From positions 1-36,704 of the forward strand of contig CBDUXU010000002.1 in the NCBI GenBank assembly GCA_965371285.1: DNA of 36,704 bases, read 5' to 3'. The DNA comes from an uncultured bacterium. Its GTDB lineage: Bacteria > Desulfobacterota > GWC2-55-46 > DRQE01. This document shows positions 14,609 to 23,021 of the stretch, in pieces (within the stretch, counting starts at the first letter, position 1; each line of letters opens with the position of its first letter). A program made the translations under genes and the position numbers. Under the pieces are notes generated by a model that worked only from the letters and a program-made list of their open reading frames with translations, did no database searches and was not told the origin of the DNA.

Positions 14609-16336
14609 ATGTTGCCATATTACCCTATAATTATATTCCTGGCTCCCTTCCTGGCAGGATTTATTAACGCCGCGCTTGGCTCAATACTAACAAACAAAGC
14701 CCACCGTTTTGGCATGATTTGCCACGTAGTTGCCCTTATTATTTCTGCCCAGATTCTCCACCACGTCGTTACATACGGCACAGAAACTTTATCGCTCCTT
14801 CCCGGTACTTTCCCCGGCAGTGGTCTCTTTTCTTTTACATTATATATAGACCGCCTTTCATCAGTAATGTTTGTTCTTATCTCCTTGGTTAGTCTTATTA
14901 TTTATGTCTTCGGTATGAAGTACATGAGGGAAGAAGTCGGCTACGGCAGGTTTAACATATTCCTTAGTCTCACAACTTTTATGCTCTTTTGTCTTGTTTC
15001 CAGCTCAAACCTAATAACACTTTTTATATTCTGGCAATTATCAGGACTAATGCTCTACCTGCTTGCACATCAGTACACCCACACTCCTACAATGAACGGC
15101 GCTTTTAAAACCTTCATTATATTAAGGCTTGGAGACCTGGTGTTCCTGGGCGGAATAGTGCTGGCATACCAGACATACGGCACGCTTAACATAGCAGAGA
15201 TATTTGCCCAGGCTGATGCAGTAAACAAATCCATACCTCTGTGGATGGGTACTGCCATAGACGCAAACACAGCCATAGCTCTGCTCCTATTTGTGGGAGC
15301 TATGAGTAAATCAGCTCAGTTTCCCCTCCACATTTGGGTTCAAGACGCCCTCTATGCCCCAACCCCTATGCACGCACTGCTCCACGCAGGCATTATTAAC
15401 GCAGGAGGTTTTTTAATTAACCGACTAGCCCCTCTATATGGACAGTCGCCTGTGGCTCTCCATATTATATTTGCCATTGGTTTAATCACCACCATAGTTG
15501 GGTCGTCAATGATGCTTACTCAAAACAATATAAAGAAGACATTAGGATTTTCTACAATAGGACAAATGGGTTTTATGATAATGGAGTGCGGGCTTGGCGC
15601 CTTTGCACTGGCTGTGTTCCACCTGATAGCTCATGGGCTTTTTAAAGCTACCATATTCCTCTACTGCGGAAATGTAATACACAAGACCAGAAGAAACCTG
15701 CCCCTGCCAAGTAAAACCGCAGAGGTAACGGAGGAAAATGAAACACCCTTTAGTTCCGTAACATGGTTAACAGGACTAACAACAACTTTAATACTTCCGC
15801 TGCTTATAGTGCTTGCCGCACATGGAATTCTTAACATCCCGCTTATGGATTTTCAGGGGGCAGTGATTTTTATGTTCTTTAGCTGGGTAACATCATCTCA
15901 GGCAATTATGACCATATACCACATGAAAACAAAATCTACCCTTAACTTATCTGCAAAAATATCAGTAGCAATGATAACGGCCCTGGTGGTTATAGTCTTT
16001 ACATACCTCTGGGCAGTTGAAACCTTTACCTATTTTCTCTACCCGGACCATGACGTAGTATCATCTTACTTTATGGCAGCCGCCCTTCCATCATGGTTAT
16101 TTGACTCCATAATAGCCCTAACTGCCCTTGCTGTTGTTTCCTGGTGGGCAGTAGATTATCGTCAGGCCCACGGCAAGACATTTAACAAAGCGGGGTGGGC
16201 GACAGACATGAAAACAAAAACCTATGTAGCATTAATAAACTCTTTATATATCGATAGGATATGCCAAAAAACAAATGATAAGTTTTTAAGGGTTATAAAT
16301 ATACTGGACAAAAAATACCTGAGATGGCTGCCTTGA
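14609..16336 (+). CDS. dabB: DabB-type proton-conducting membrane transporter (NuoL/MrpA/MpsA-like, PF00361-type), paralogue 1
   Basis: 575-aa polytopic ORF. SKSAQFPLHIWVQDALYAPTPMHALLHAGIINAGGF matches the NuoL TM7-8 signature (TKSAQxPLHxWLPDAMxGPTPVSALIHAATMV). HLIAHGLFKATIFLYCGNVIH matches the NuoL TM11 HxxxHxxxK region. Located upstream of a DUF2309/DabA gene. Confidence 0.85.
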   Translation: MLPYYPIIIFLAPFLAGFINAALGSILTNKAHRFGMICHVVALIISAQILHHVVTYGTETLSLLPGTFPGSGLFSFTLYIDRLSSVMFVLISLVSLIIYVFGMKYMREEVGYGRFNIFLSLTTFMLFCLVSSSNLITLFIFWQLSGLMLYLLAHQYTHTPTMNGAFKTFIILRLGDLVFLGGIVLAYQTYGTLNIAEIFAQADAVNKSIPLWMGTAIDANTAIALLLFVGAMSKSAQFPLHIWVQDALYAPTPMHALLHAGIINAGGFLINRLAPLYGQSPVALHIIFAIGLITTIVGSSMMLTQNNIKKTLGFSTIGQMGFMIMECGLGAFALAVFHLIAHGLFKATIFLYCGNVIHKTRRNLPLPSKTAEVTEENETPFSSVTWLTGLTTTLILPLLIVLAAHGILNIPLMDFQGAVIFMFFSWVTSSQAIMTIYHMKTKSTLNLSAKISVAMITALVVIVFTYLWAVETFTYFLYPDHDVVSSYFMAAALPSWLFDSIIALTALAVVSWWAVDYRQAHGKTFNKAGWATDMKTKTYVALINSLYIDRICQKTNDKFLRVINILDKKYLRWLP

Positions 16337-16548
16337 CTTTTTTTAATTTCCCGCAGGAACTTTTATAGCATTAACCGCCAAAGAGGGTCACGCTCCGCCT
16401 CTAATTAGGTTGTCATAATCTTGTTACTATATGCTATAATGACAGCTATTTTTCAGACACTTAACTCTATTTACGGTTTGTCCTTATCAGCACAGAAACA
16501 CTGCAGTGAATAGAAATTATATAAACGATTTTTTAAATGTAGAAATTT

Positions 16549-18297
16549 ATGTTGCCATACTATCCTATAATCATATTTTTGGCTCCTCTTTTAGCCGCGA
16601 CTGTTAACGCCGCAATTGGACCAATACTAGCACAAAAGGCATACCGTTTCGGTATGATTTGTCATGTAGTCACCCTTTTTGTCTCCTTGCAAATACTCTA
16701 CAATGTAGTTACATCCGGCGTGAAAACCATAGCGCTGCTGCCTGCCGCAGTTCCAGGCAATGGTCTCTTCTCCTTCACATTCTACCTGGACAGGCTTTCC
16801 TCTATAATGTTTGTCCTTATAGCTCTTGTAAGCCTCATTATATATGTCTTCGGCATGAAGTACATGAGACAGGAACCGGGCTACAACAGGTTCAATGCAC
16901 TGATAAACTCCGCGACTTTCGTACTGCTTTGCCTTGTGTCCAGCTCCAACTTGTTAACACTTTTTATATTCTGGCAGCTACTTAGCACCATGCTCTATTT
17001 TCTTGCCTATCAGCACACCCATCTTCCAACAATGAATGGAGCTTTTAGAACATTCATTATACTCAGGCTCGGTGACCTTGCGTTTCTAGGCGGCATCCTA
17101 TTGGCATACCAAACATACAACACCCTGAGCCTATCGGAAATTTTTGACCAAGTTCAAACTATAAACCAAACTGTGACGCTATGGCAGGGGTTTAGTATAG
17201 ATGTAAACACTGCAATAGCTCTGCTCATATTTGTGGGAGCTATGAGTAAATCGGCGCAGTTTCCACTACACATTTGGGTTCAAGACGCTCTATACGCACC
17301 TACCCCTATGACTGCACTCCTCCACGCAGGCATCATAAACGCAGGAGGTTTTTTGATTAACCGCTTAGCCCCCTTGTATGGACAATCTCCATCGGCTCTC
17401 CATATTATATTTGTCATCGGCGTCGTTACCACCATCGTAGGGTCGTCGTTAATGCTTACTCAAAATGATATAAAAAAGACATTAGGATTTTCTACTATAG
17501 GGCAGATGGGTTTTATGATAATGGAGTGCGGACTTGGCGCCTTTGCCCTGGCTGTGTTCCACCTGGTAGCACACGGTTTATTTAAAGCCACCATATTCCT
17601 CTACTGTGGTAATGTAATACACAAAACCAGAAAGAGTCCGCCACTACCGCCGCCCCTACAAAAGACGTCCATAGAGGGTGTTAGTTATGGCGGTGACGAG
17701 CAAACTGAGTTTAGCCTGGTAACCTGGCTCACGGGACTATCCACTACTTTAGTCCTGCCTCTGCTTATACTGCTGGCAGCACATGGACTTTTAAACATAC
17801 CACTAATGGATTTCCAGGGTGCTACAATTTTTATGTTCTTTAGCTGGGTAACATCATCTCAGGCAATTATGACCATATACCACATGCAGTCAAAAGCCAC
17901 CATAAACCTGTCAGCAAAAATATCGGTGGCTATGATAACTGCCTTAGTGGTTATAGTGTTTACCTACCTCTGGGCAGTTGAAACCTTTACCTATTTCCTA
18001 TACCCGGACCATGATATCGTATCATCTTATTTTATGGCAGCTGCCCTGCCGTCATGGATTTTTGATTCCATAATAGTCCTAACTGCACTGGGCGTTGTTT
18101 CCTGGTGGGGCGTGGATTATCGCCAGGCTCACGGCAAGGCCTTTAACAAACCGGGGTGGGCAACTGATTTAAAAACAAAAACTTATGTAATGTTAATCAA
18201 CTCCCTGTATATTGACAGGTTCTACAAAAGCTCGCATAACCGTTTTTTAAATATTATAAATAAACTGGATAAGAAATACCTGAGGTGGGTACCATAA
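16549..18297 (+). CDS. dabB: DabB-type proton-conducting membrane transporter, paralogue 2 (tandem duplicate)
   Basis: 582-aa ORF collinear with 14609-16336 (about 70% aa identity in the N-terminal 60 residues, higher towards the C-terminus, by eye). Same NuoL-like motifs. One 7-aa longer loop (RKSPPLPPPLQKTSIEGVSYGGDEQTEFSL). Confidence 0.85.
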   Translation: MLPYYPIIIFLAPLLAATVNAAIGPILAQKAYRFGMICHVVTLFVSLQILYNVVTSGVKTIALLPAAVPGNGLFSFTFYLDRLSSIMFVLIALVSLIIYVFGMKYMRQEPGYNRFNALINSATFVLLCLVSSSNLLTLFIFWQLLSTMLYFLAYQHTHLPTMNGAFRTFIILRLGDLAFLGGILLAYQTYNTLSLSEIFDQVQTINQTVTLWQGFSIDVNTAIALLIFVGAMSKSAQFPLHIWVQDALYAPTPMTALLHAGIINAGGFLINRLAPLYGQSPSALHIIFVIGVVTTIVGSSLMLTQNDIKKTLGFSTIGQMGFMIMECGLGAFALAVFHLVAHGLFKATIFLYCGNVIHKTRKSPPLPPPLQKTSIEGVSYGGDEQTEFSLVTWLTGLSTTLVLPLLILLAAHGLLNIPLMDFQGATIFMFFSWVTSSQAIMTIYHMQSKATINLSAKISVAMITALVVIVFTYLWAVETFTYFLYPDHDIVSSYFMAAALPSWIFDSIIVLTALGVVSWWGVDYRQAHGKAFNKPGWATDLKTKTYVMLINSLYIDRFYKSSHNRFLNIINKLDKKYLRWVP

Positions 18298-19319
18298 TGG
18301 TAAGGACAATACTAATAGCCATAGCTGTTTTAGTTTTCGGAACTATACTGCTCCTGAAAAACAGAAAACAGAGTTCAATAGAATTGCCCCTCCTTATATG
18401 GGCTATCTGCACAGCACTGGTGGGATTGGCCTCAATTACTGTGTTCATAATGACAAATAACCCTACGGCACTGATTGTAACATCTTTTATCTTTCTGCCG
18501 CTGCTGCCGCTGCACGGTTTCTACAAGGCTCTCCTCTCGGAACTGTCGCTGGTAGAGTCTGCTCTTTTTGCCATGATTCTTCCTGCAGTAGGGCTATCTC
18601 TCCTCTACCAGGTTATAACAATGAATGTTGCCCTGCCCCTTGAGGAAGGCGCCCTGCAAATTATATCTTATATTGCAATAACAGGAGCATTGTACGGAGC
18701 CTGCAAGGCTCTCGTTCAACTCAGAGTAGCCCCACTTGTGAGTTTAGCCGGAGTTAGTCTCTTCTCCGTGCTCTGGTGGTACCTGGCAGAAAGCGCAACA
18801 GAAATAGTCACATCGTCACCTGATAAGTTTCTGCCTCAGGTTGTTTTTTATACCCTCTCCCTAATGCTCGTAACATCGGGAATACTCATTGCGTGGCGCT
18901 TTGTTGTCACCCGCTACGGCGACATAGAAATAAACAAAATAAATATGACCATCGGAGGCCTAGCTACCACAATGCCAAGGTTTGGAGGTCTATTTACTCT
19001 AATCATTGTAGCAGCCATGGGGCGGCCGCCAGGTGGCCTCTTCAGCGGTTATGTAGAATTGTTATTCGCTCCAACTACCAGTCTTGGACCTGGAATGTGG
19101 TTTATACTTTTAACATGGCTTATTACTTCCTGGTATTTCATTAAACTCATGCAGAGTATTTTATTTGGACCGCCAAAAAATAATATAATGACTAATAATA
19201 ATTTGACTGACTTAACAGCAGGGGAGGTCATGCCTCTGGCTGCAATAGTAACTCTTTTAATTATACTTGGTTTGGCACCTTATGACAGCTTGATGGAAAT
19301 AATTAATTTTGCCAGGTAA
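18297..19319 (+). CDS. Truncated, divergent antiporter-like membrane subunit (NuoM/NuoN/MrpD-like remnant motifs), third membrane component of the DAB locus
   Basis: The ORF track starts at GTG 18285. ATG 18297 is preferred because of the TAATG stop/start overlap with dabB2 and GAGGTGGG 8 nt upstream. About 10 predicted TM helices. LLPLHGFY recalls the PLHxW motif. GGLATTMPRFGGLFTLIIVAAMGRPPGGLFSGYVELL recalls the GGL...LSLAGxPPxxGFxGK segment. The C-terminal DLTAGEVMPLAAIVTLLIILGLAPY recalls the NuoM/NdhD C-terminus. Confidence 0.6.
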   Translation: MVRTILIAIAVLVFGTILLLKNRKQSSIELPLLIWAICTALVGLASITVFIMTNNPTALIVTSFIFLPLLPLHGFYKALLSELSLVESALFAMILPAVGLSLLYQVITMNVALPLEEGALQIISYIAITGALYGACKALVQLRVAPLVSLAGVSLFSVLWWYLAESATEIVTSSPDKFLPQVVFYTLSLMLVTSGILIAWRFVVTRYGDIEINKINMTIGGLATTMPRFGGLFTLIIVAAMGRPPGGLFSGYVELLFAPTTSLGPGMWFILLTWLITSWYFIKLMQSILFGPPKNNIMTNNNLTDLTAGEVMPLAAIVTLLIILGLAPYDSLMEIINFAR

Positions 19320-19380
19320 AAAAACCGGATAAAAGAGTATTCACACTTAAAGGTATTTAAACTTATAAGGTATTCATATA

Positions 19381-22300
19381 ATGACAGAAGAAAATAAATT
19401 TTCCAAAAGAATGCATGTCCGCGGCCTCATAAGGCAGGGTAGCGAGATTATTGCTTATCACTACCCTATGCGTACTTTTGTTCATCACAACCCCCTGCAT
19501 GGGTTGGAAGACCTAACCTTCGAAGAGGCACTTAGAGAAGGTACCCGCTCATTAGGGGCAAAAGGATACCTGCCTATAGCGCAGTATAGAGAATATTATA
19601 AAAACGGCCGCATAAAGGAATCAGACATAGATAATGTTTTATCTGCCTATGTTGAAGATAAAAAAATAACCATTGCAGGTAGAGAAGTAACTCACTTTGA
19701 TGTTTTAAAGTCTCACTTAATCAGCGGCATGTTAGATGAGGTAAGCAGGTCTGCTGATTCTCTGCCACAGAGGCCCCGCCTTTCTAAGTTAATGGAGCAT
19801 TTAAGTTCCCCTGCCCAAAGCAGTGACAATGACAATAAGGTAGGTAACTTTATAGACAGCTACATAAAAAAGGATACTAGTGACCTGGGCAGGTCACTAG
19901 CCCTATCTCAGTGGATAGACGAAACCATCTCGGTTAGCGGCGAGGAAAAACTAACGGATCTCATAGACAGGGAACTCATTAAATGGTGCGAGTCTTTCTT
20001 AGATGAAAACCACGCCAAATGGGTAATGCCTTACAGGGAAAAAGGTTTTTACGGGGCATGGAAATATCTTGCGGCAAAGGAGTGTAGTATTCACGGCATC
20101 AGGGATAGTAAATCGAAACTGGAAAAACTGCCCGACAATGCAGAAGATTCCATCATAGAGAGCCTCACAGATATGGGGATAAATAAAGAAAACTGGAAAG
20201 ACTACCTGACCCTCCACCTGACCAGAATGCCAGGGTGGACGGGGTTTATAAAATGGAGAGAAGACCAGAGAGATAACCCCTGGCAGCTAAGCAATCCTGC
20301 AACCCTGACTCAGTACCTTGCCATAAGGCTCTACTTAGAAAAAGAACTTGTACAAAAATCCTCCCATAGAGAGTTAGGCATTCATGGTGATGTAGTCTCC
20401 ATAAATAATTATATTTCCTCGCATAAACACTCATACTTTTTGAGAAAAGAGAGGCTTAAAAGCTCTATGAGCCATACCTATTCAAGGCAAGTTGACAGGC
20501 TTATCTTAAGCTCCAACAGCGATAAAAACTCCCGCTGGGTCTCCCTTGCCGATGAGTATGGCAAAGATATTATAAGTAAAAATGACAATATAAAAAACTG
20601 GACATCTGCCTGGCAGCTCTTAACACTGGCAGAGTCCTTATCTATAGGATTAGAAGATTTATTAAGGGCAGAGGCAGAGGATTTAAAAACAATTACCCAA
20701 TGGATGGATGACTTTAGTGAAGCTAAACATGGGCCGGTTTGGCTAAAAGCCTTTGAAGCGGGATACAAAGCCCCTCTCTTGGATAAGATAACTAAGGCAA
20801 TTAAAGCAGCTAAAACAAAGGGCGGGATAAGCCGCCCAAAGACCCAGTCGGTTTTCTGCATTGATGTCAGGAGCGAGCCTTTTCGCCGCCACCTGGAGTC
20901 TGTTGGGAAGAACGAAACTTACGGTTTTGCAGGGTTCTTTTCCGTATTCATAAAACACCGCGCCATGGAAAGTAGTTTTGAAGTAGACCACTTCCCTGTA
21001 GTTATGAAAGCAAAAAACTCTGTGAGAGAAATCCCCAGACTTGACCAGGGCAAGAAACTAATTGAACATCGTAAAAAAGGCAAATTCTCTAAAGCAGCCT
21101 ATACACTGTACAGTAACCTTAAAGAACATGTTATTACCCCTTATGTAATGGTTGAATCCATAGGGTGGTTCTACAGCGTGCCTATTATAGGAAAGACGCT
21201 TTTCACCCGTTGGTACAGAAAAACAAAACTTTGGGTAAAAGCAAAGTGGATGCCTGATATTAAAACGCAAATGACAATAAACAAACCAACCAAAGACGAA
21301 GCAGATGACATGCTCTCTTTTAACCAGCATGTAGTTATACGCCGCGCACTTCATGAGAAGTTTCCAAAAATTACCGGCGATGCCCCTGACGACTTTGTAG
21401 AATACCTGCGAGTCGGAGCTATGGCGGAAAATATAGAATTTAAACCGCTGGAAAATCAGCTCCTCACAAGTAATGAGCAAATAACTTGCATTAAGGAACT
21501 AAGAGATAACTACCACATAAACCCCCGCTGGGCAAAGTCCAGCATGAGCCGCATAATGCTGCTTGGTCTCACCGAGACCCAGCAGGTCTCTACAGTAGGA
21601 ACATCCCTTCGTATGATGGGGCTTACCGATAACTTTGCCCGCCTTATTTTAATCTGCGGCCATGGCAGCACCACCGACAACAACCCCTTTGAGGCAGCCC
21701 TTGACTGCGGCGCCTGCGGAGGTAACTCGGGAGCTCCAAATGCTCGCGTTTTCACCGACATTGCAAACAAAATTGAAGTAAGAGAAGCACTAAGAGAGGA
21801 AGGTATAAACATTCCTGATGATACGTTTTTTGTAGCAGGCAAACATGACACAACCACTGATGATGTTACTTTCTTTGATGTAGATAACCTGCCCCAGTCT
21901 CACCAAACTGACTTAGAGAACTTCCGCATTGACCTGAAAAAAACAGGCATGTTAAATGCTCGCGAGAGATGTTCCCGCTTTCCGGAGCTGAGGGAGGGTC
22001 TCACCCCTTCGAGGGCAAAACGAATCGTGTTAGAGAGAAGCGATGATTGGAGTCAGGTTCGCCCCGAGTGGGGACTCTCCGGAAATGCGGCCTTCATAAT
22101 TGGCAGAAGGTATCTTTCAAAAGAGGTTAACTTGGAAGGCCGGGTGTTCCTCCATTCCTATGACTTTAAACTTGACCCCAAGGGCACGCTCCTGGAGGGT
22201 ATAATGACTGCCCCTCAGGTAGTTGCCCAGTGGATAAATATGGAACACTACTTCTCCACTGTCGATAACGAGGTCTTTGGCAGCGGAAGTAAAATCTACC

Positions 22301-22584
22301 ATAATGTAGTATGCAAAAACGGCATAATGTTTGGAAGCCAAAGCGATTTAAGAACAGGCCTACCCATGCAGACTGTCATGGCAGAAGGCAAACCCTTTCA
22401 TGAGCCAATGCGCCTCTTGACAATTATAGAAGCACCGACCGGGCCAATTACCGACATCATTGAGAGGCACCCACTCCTGCAGAATTATTACAACAACTCT
22501 TGGGTGCATCTTGTTTCTATAGACCCTGAGGAGGGAAGTTTTTCAGAGTATATACCAAACAAAGGCTGGGAGCCTTGCAAGTAG
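19381..22584 (+). CDS. dabA: DabA (DUF2309 / PF10070, MpsB-like) beta-carbonic-anhydrase-like subunit of a DAB inorganic-carbon pump
   Basis: 1067-aa ORF. N-terminal MRTFVHHNPLHGLE. Putative Zn ligands: FCIDVRSE (Cys493, Asp495; nt 20857-20865), CGHGS (His761; nt 21661-21663) and DCGACGG (Cys776; nt 21706-21708). The His-to-Cys spacing of 15 matches what I recall for characterised DabA. Confidence 0.9.
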   Translation: MTEENKFSKRMHVRGLIRQGSEIIAYHYPMRTFVHHNPLHGLEDLTFEEALREGTRSLGAKGYLPIAQYREYYKNGRIKESDIDNVLSAYVEDKKITIAGREVTHFDVLKSHLISGMLDEVSRSADSLPQRPRLSKLMEHLSSPAQSSDNDNKVGNFIDSYIKKDTSDLGRSLALSQWIDETISVSGEEKLTDLIDRELIKWCESFLDENHAKWVMPYREKGFYGAWKYLAAKECSIHGIRDSKSKLEKLPDNAEDSIIESLTDMGINKENWKDYLTLHLTRMPGWTGFIKWREDQRDNPWQLSNPATLTQYLAIRLYLEKELVQKSSHRELGIHGDVVSINNYISSHKHSYFLRKERLKSSMSHTYSRQVDRLILSSNSDKNSRWVSLADEYGKDIISKNDNIKNWTSAWQLLTLAESLSIGLEDLLRAEAEDLKTITQWMDDFSEAKHGPVWLKAFEAGYKAPLLDKITKAIKAAKTKGGISRPKTQSVFCIDVRSEPFRRHLESVGKNETYGFAGFFSVFIKHRAMESSFEVDHFPVVMKAKNSVREIPRLDQGKKLIEHRKKGKFSKAAYTLYSNLKEHVITPYVMVESIGWFYSVPIIGKTLFTRWYRKTKLWVKAKWMPDIKTQMTINKPTKDEADDMLSFNQHVVIRRALHEKFPKITGDAPDDFVEYLRVGAMAENIEFKPLENQLLTSNEQITCIKELRDNYHINPRWAKSSMSRIMLLGLTETQQVSTVGTSLRMMGLTDNFARLILICGHGSTTDNNPFEAALDCGACGGNSGAPNARVFTDIANKIEVREALREEGINIPDDTFFVAGKHDTTTDDVTFFDVDNLPQSHQTDLENFRIDLKKTGMLNARERCSRFPELREGLTPSRAKRIVLERSDDWSQVRPEWGLSGNAAFIIGRRYLSKEVNLEGRVFLHSYDFKLDPKGTLLEGIMTAPQVVAQWINMEHYFSTVDNEVFGSGSKIYHNVVCKNGIMFGSQSDLRTGLPMQTVMAEGKPFHEPMRLLTIIEAPTGPITDIIERHPLLQNYYNNSWVHLVSIDPEEGSFSEYIPNKGWEPCK

Positions 22585-22618
22585 TTTTTAAACTTTAAAT
22601 ACAAAGGAGCAAAAGATT

Positions 22619-22957
22619 ATGACCAAACTATCGCTACACCCCATGAAAGAAGTAAAAATAATCATTGAAGGTGAACAACTGAAATTTGTAACCGACATAC
22701 TTGATGATATTGAAACAAGCGGTTATACGGTTTTCCAAAATATTTCCGGCAAAGGTCACCACGGGCTCCACGCAGCAGGAGCAGCTAACTCCATGTTTAA
22801 CGAGATGGAAGGCCTTATAATGATTTTAACAGTTGTCCCCGAAGACAGGGTTGACCCCATACTGGCAGGACTTGGCCCGGTGTTTGAAAAAGACACAGGA
22901 GTTATTTTTGTATCTGATGTGTCGGTGAGCCGCAGGGAATATTTTTCCGGGGAATAA
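22619..22957 (+). CDS. PII-like signal-transduction protein (GlnB superfamily; CPII/SbtB-like context)
   Basis: 112-aa ORF. MKEVKIIIEGEQLKFVTDILDDIETSGYTVFQNISGKGHHG follows the PII beta-alpha-beta plus T-loop pattern. AAGGAG lies 9 nt upstream of the ATG. Starts 34 nt after the dabA stop. Confidence 0.7.
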   Translation: MTKLSLHPMKEVKIIIEGEQLKFVTDILDDIETSGYTVFQNISGKGHHGLHAAGAANSMFNEMEGLIMILTVVPEDRVDPILAGLGPVFEKDTGVIFVSDVSVSRREYFSGE

Positions 22958-22982
22958 ATAACCATTTTAATTTTAAAGATGC

Positions 22983-23021
22983 AACTTTAGTTTTAAAACT
23001 ACAACTACCGTAACTAAAGTT
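22983..23021 (+). terminator. AT-rich inverted repeat downstream of the PII-like gene (weak candidate operon terminator)
   Basis: AACTTTAGTT (22983-22992) / AACTAAAGTT (23012-23021), perfect 10-bp arms with a 19-nt loop, followed by TTC. The large loop and short T-run make it weak. Confidence 0.3.

Noticed and set aside
16410-16440. TTGTCA ... TATAAT(GACA) in the dabB1-dabB2 intergenic region as an internal promoter, plus an imperfect 9-bp inverted repeat (TGTCATAAT / ATAATGACA).
   Set aside because: The spacer is 19 nt, the inverted repeat has a mismatch and the loop is 16 nt. It is plausible but unsupported, so I mention it only as something TSS mapping could test.
16659-16985. 108-aa same-strand alternative-frame ORF inside dabB2.
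   Set aside because: It is out of frame with a strongly supported gene, and no equivalent ORF exists in the paralogous dabB1 copy. Likely a chance open frame.
14609-22957. DAB operon considered as part of a carboxysome/RuBisCO CO2-concentrating locus.
   Set aside because: No RuBisCO, carboxysome shell, CbbR/LysR or other autotrophy gene is present anywhere in the 36.7-kb window. The autotrophic CCM interpretation cannot be supported from this sequence.
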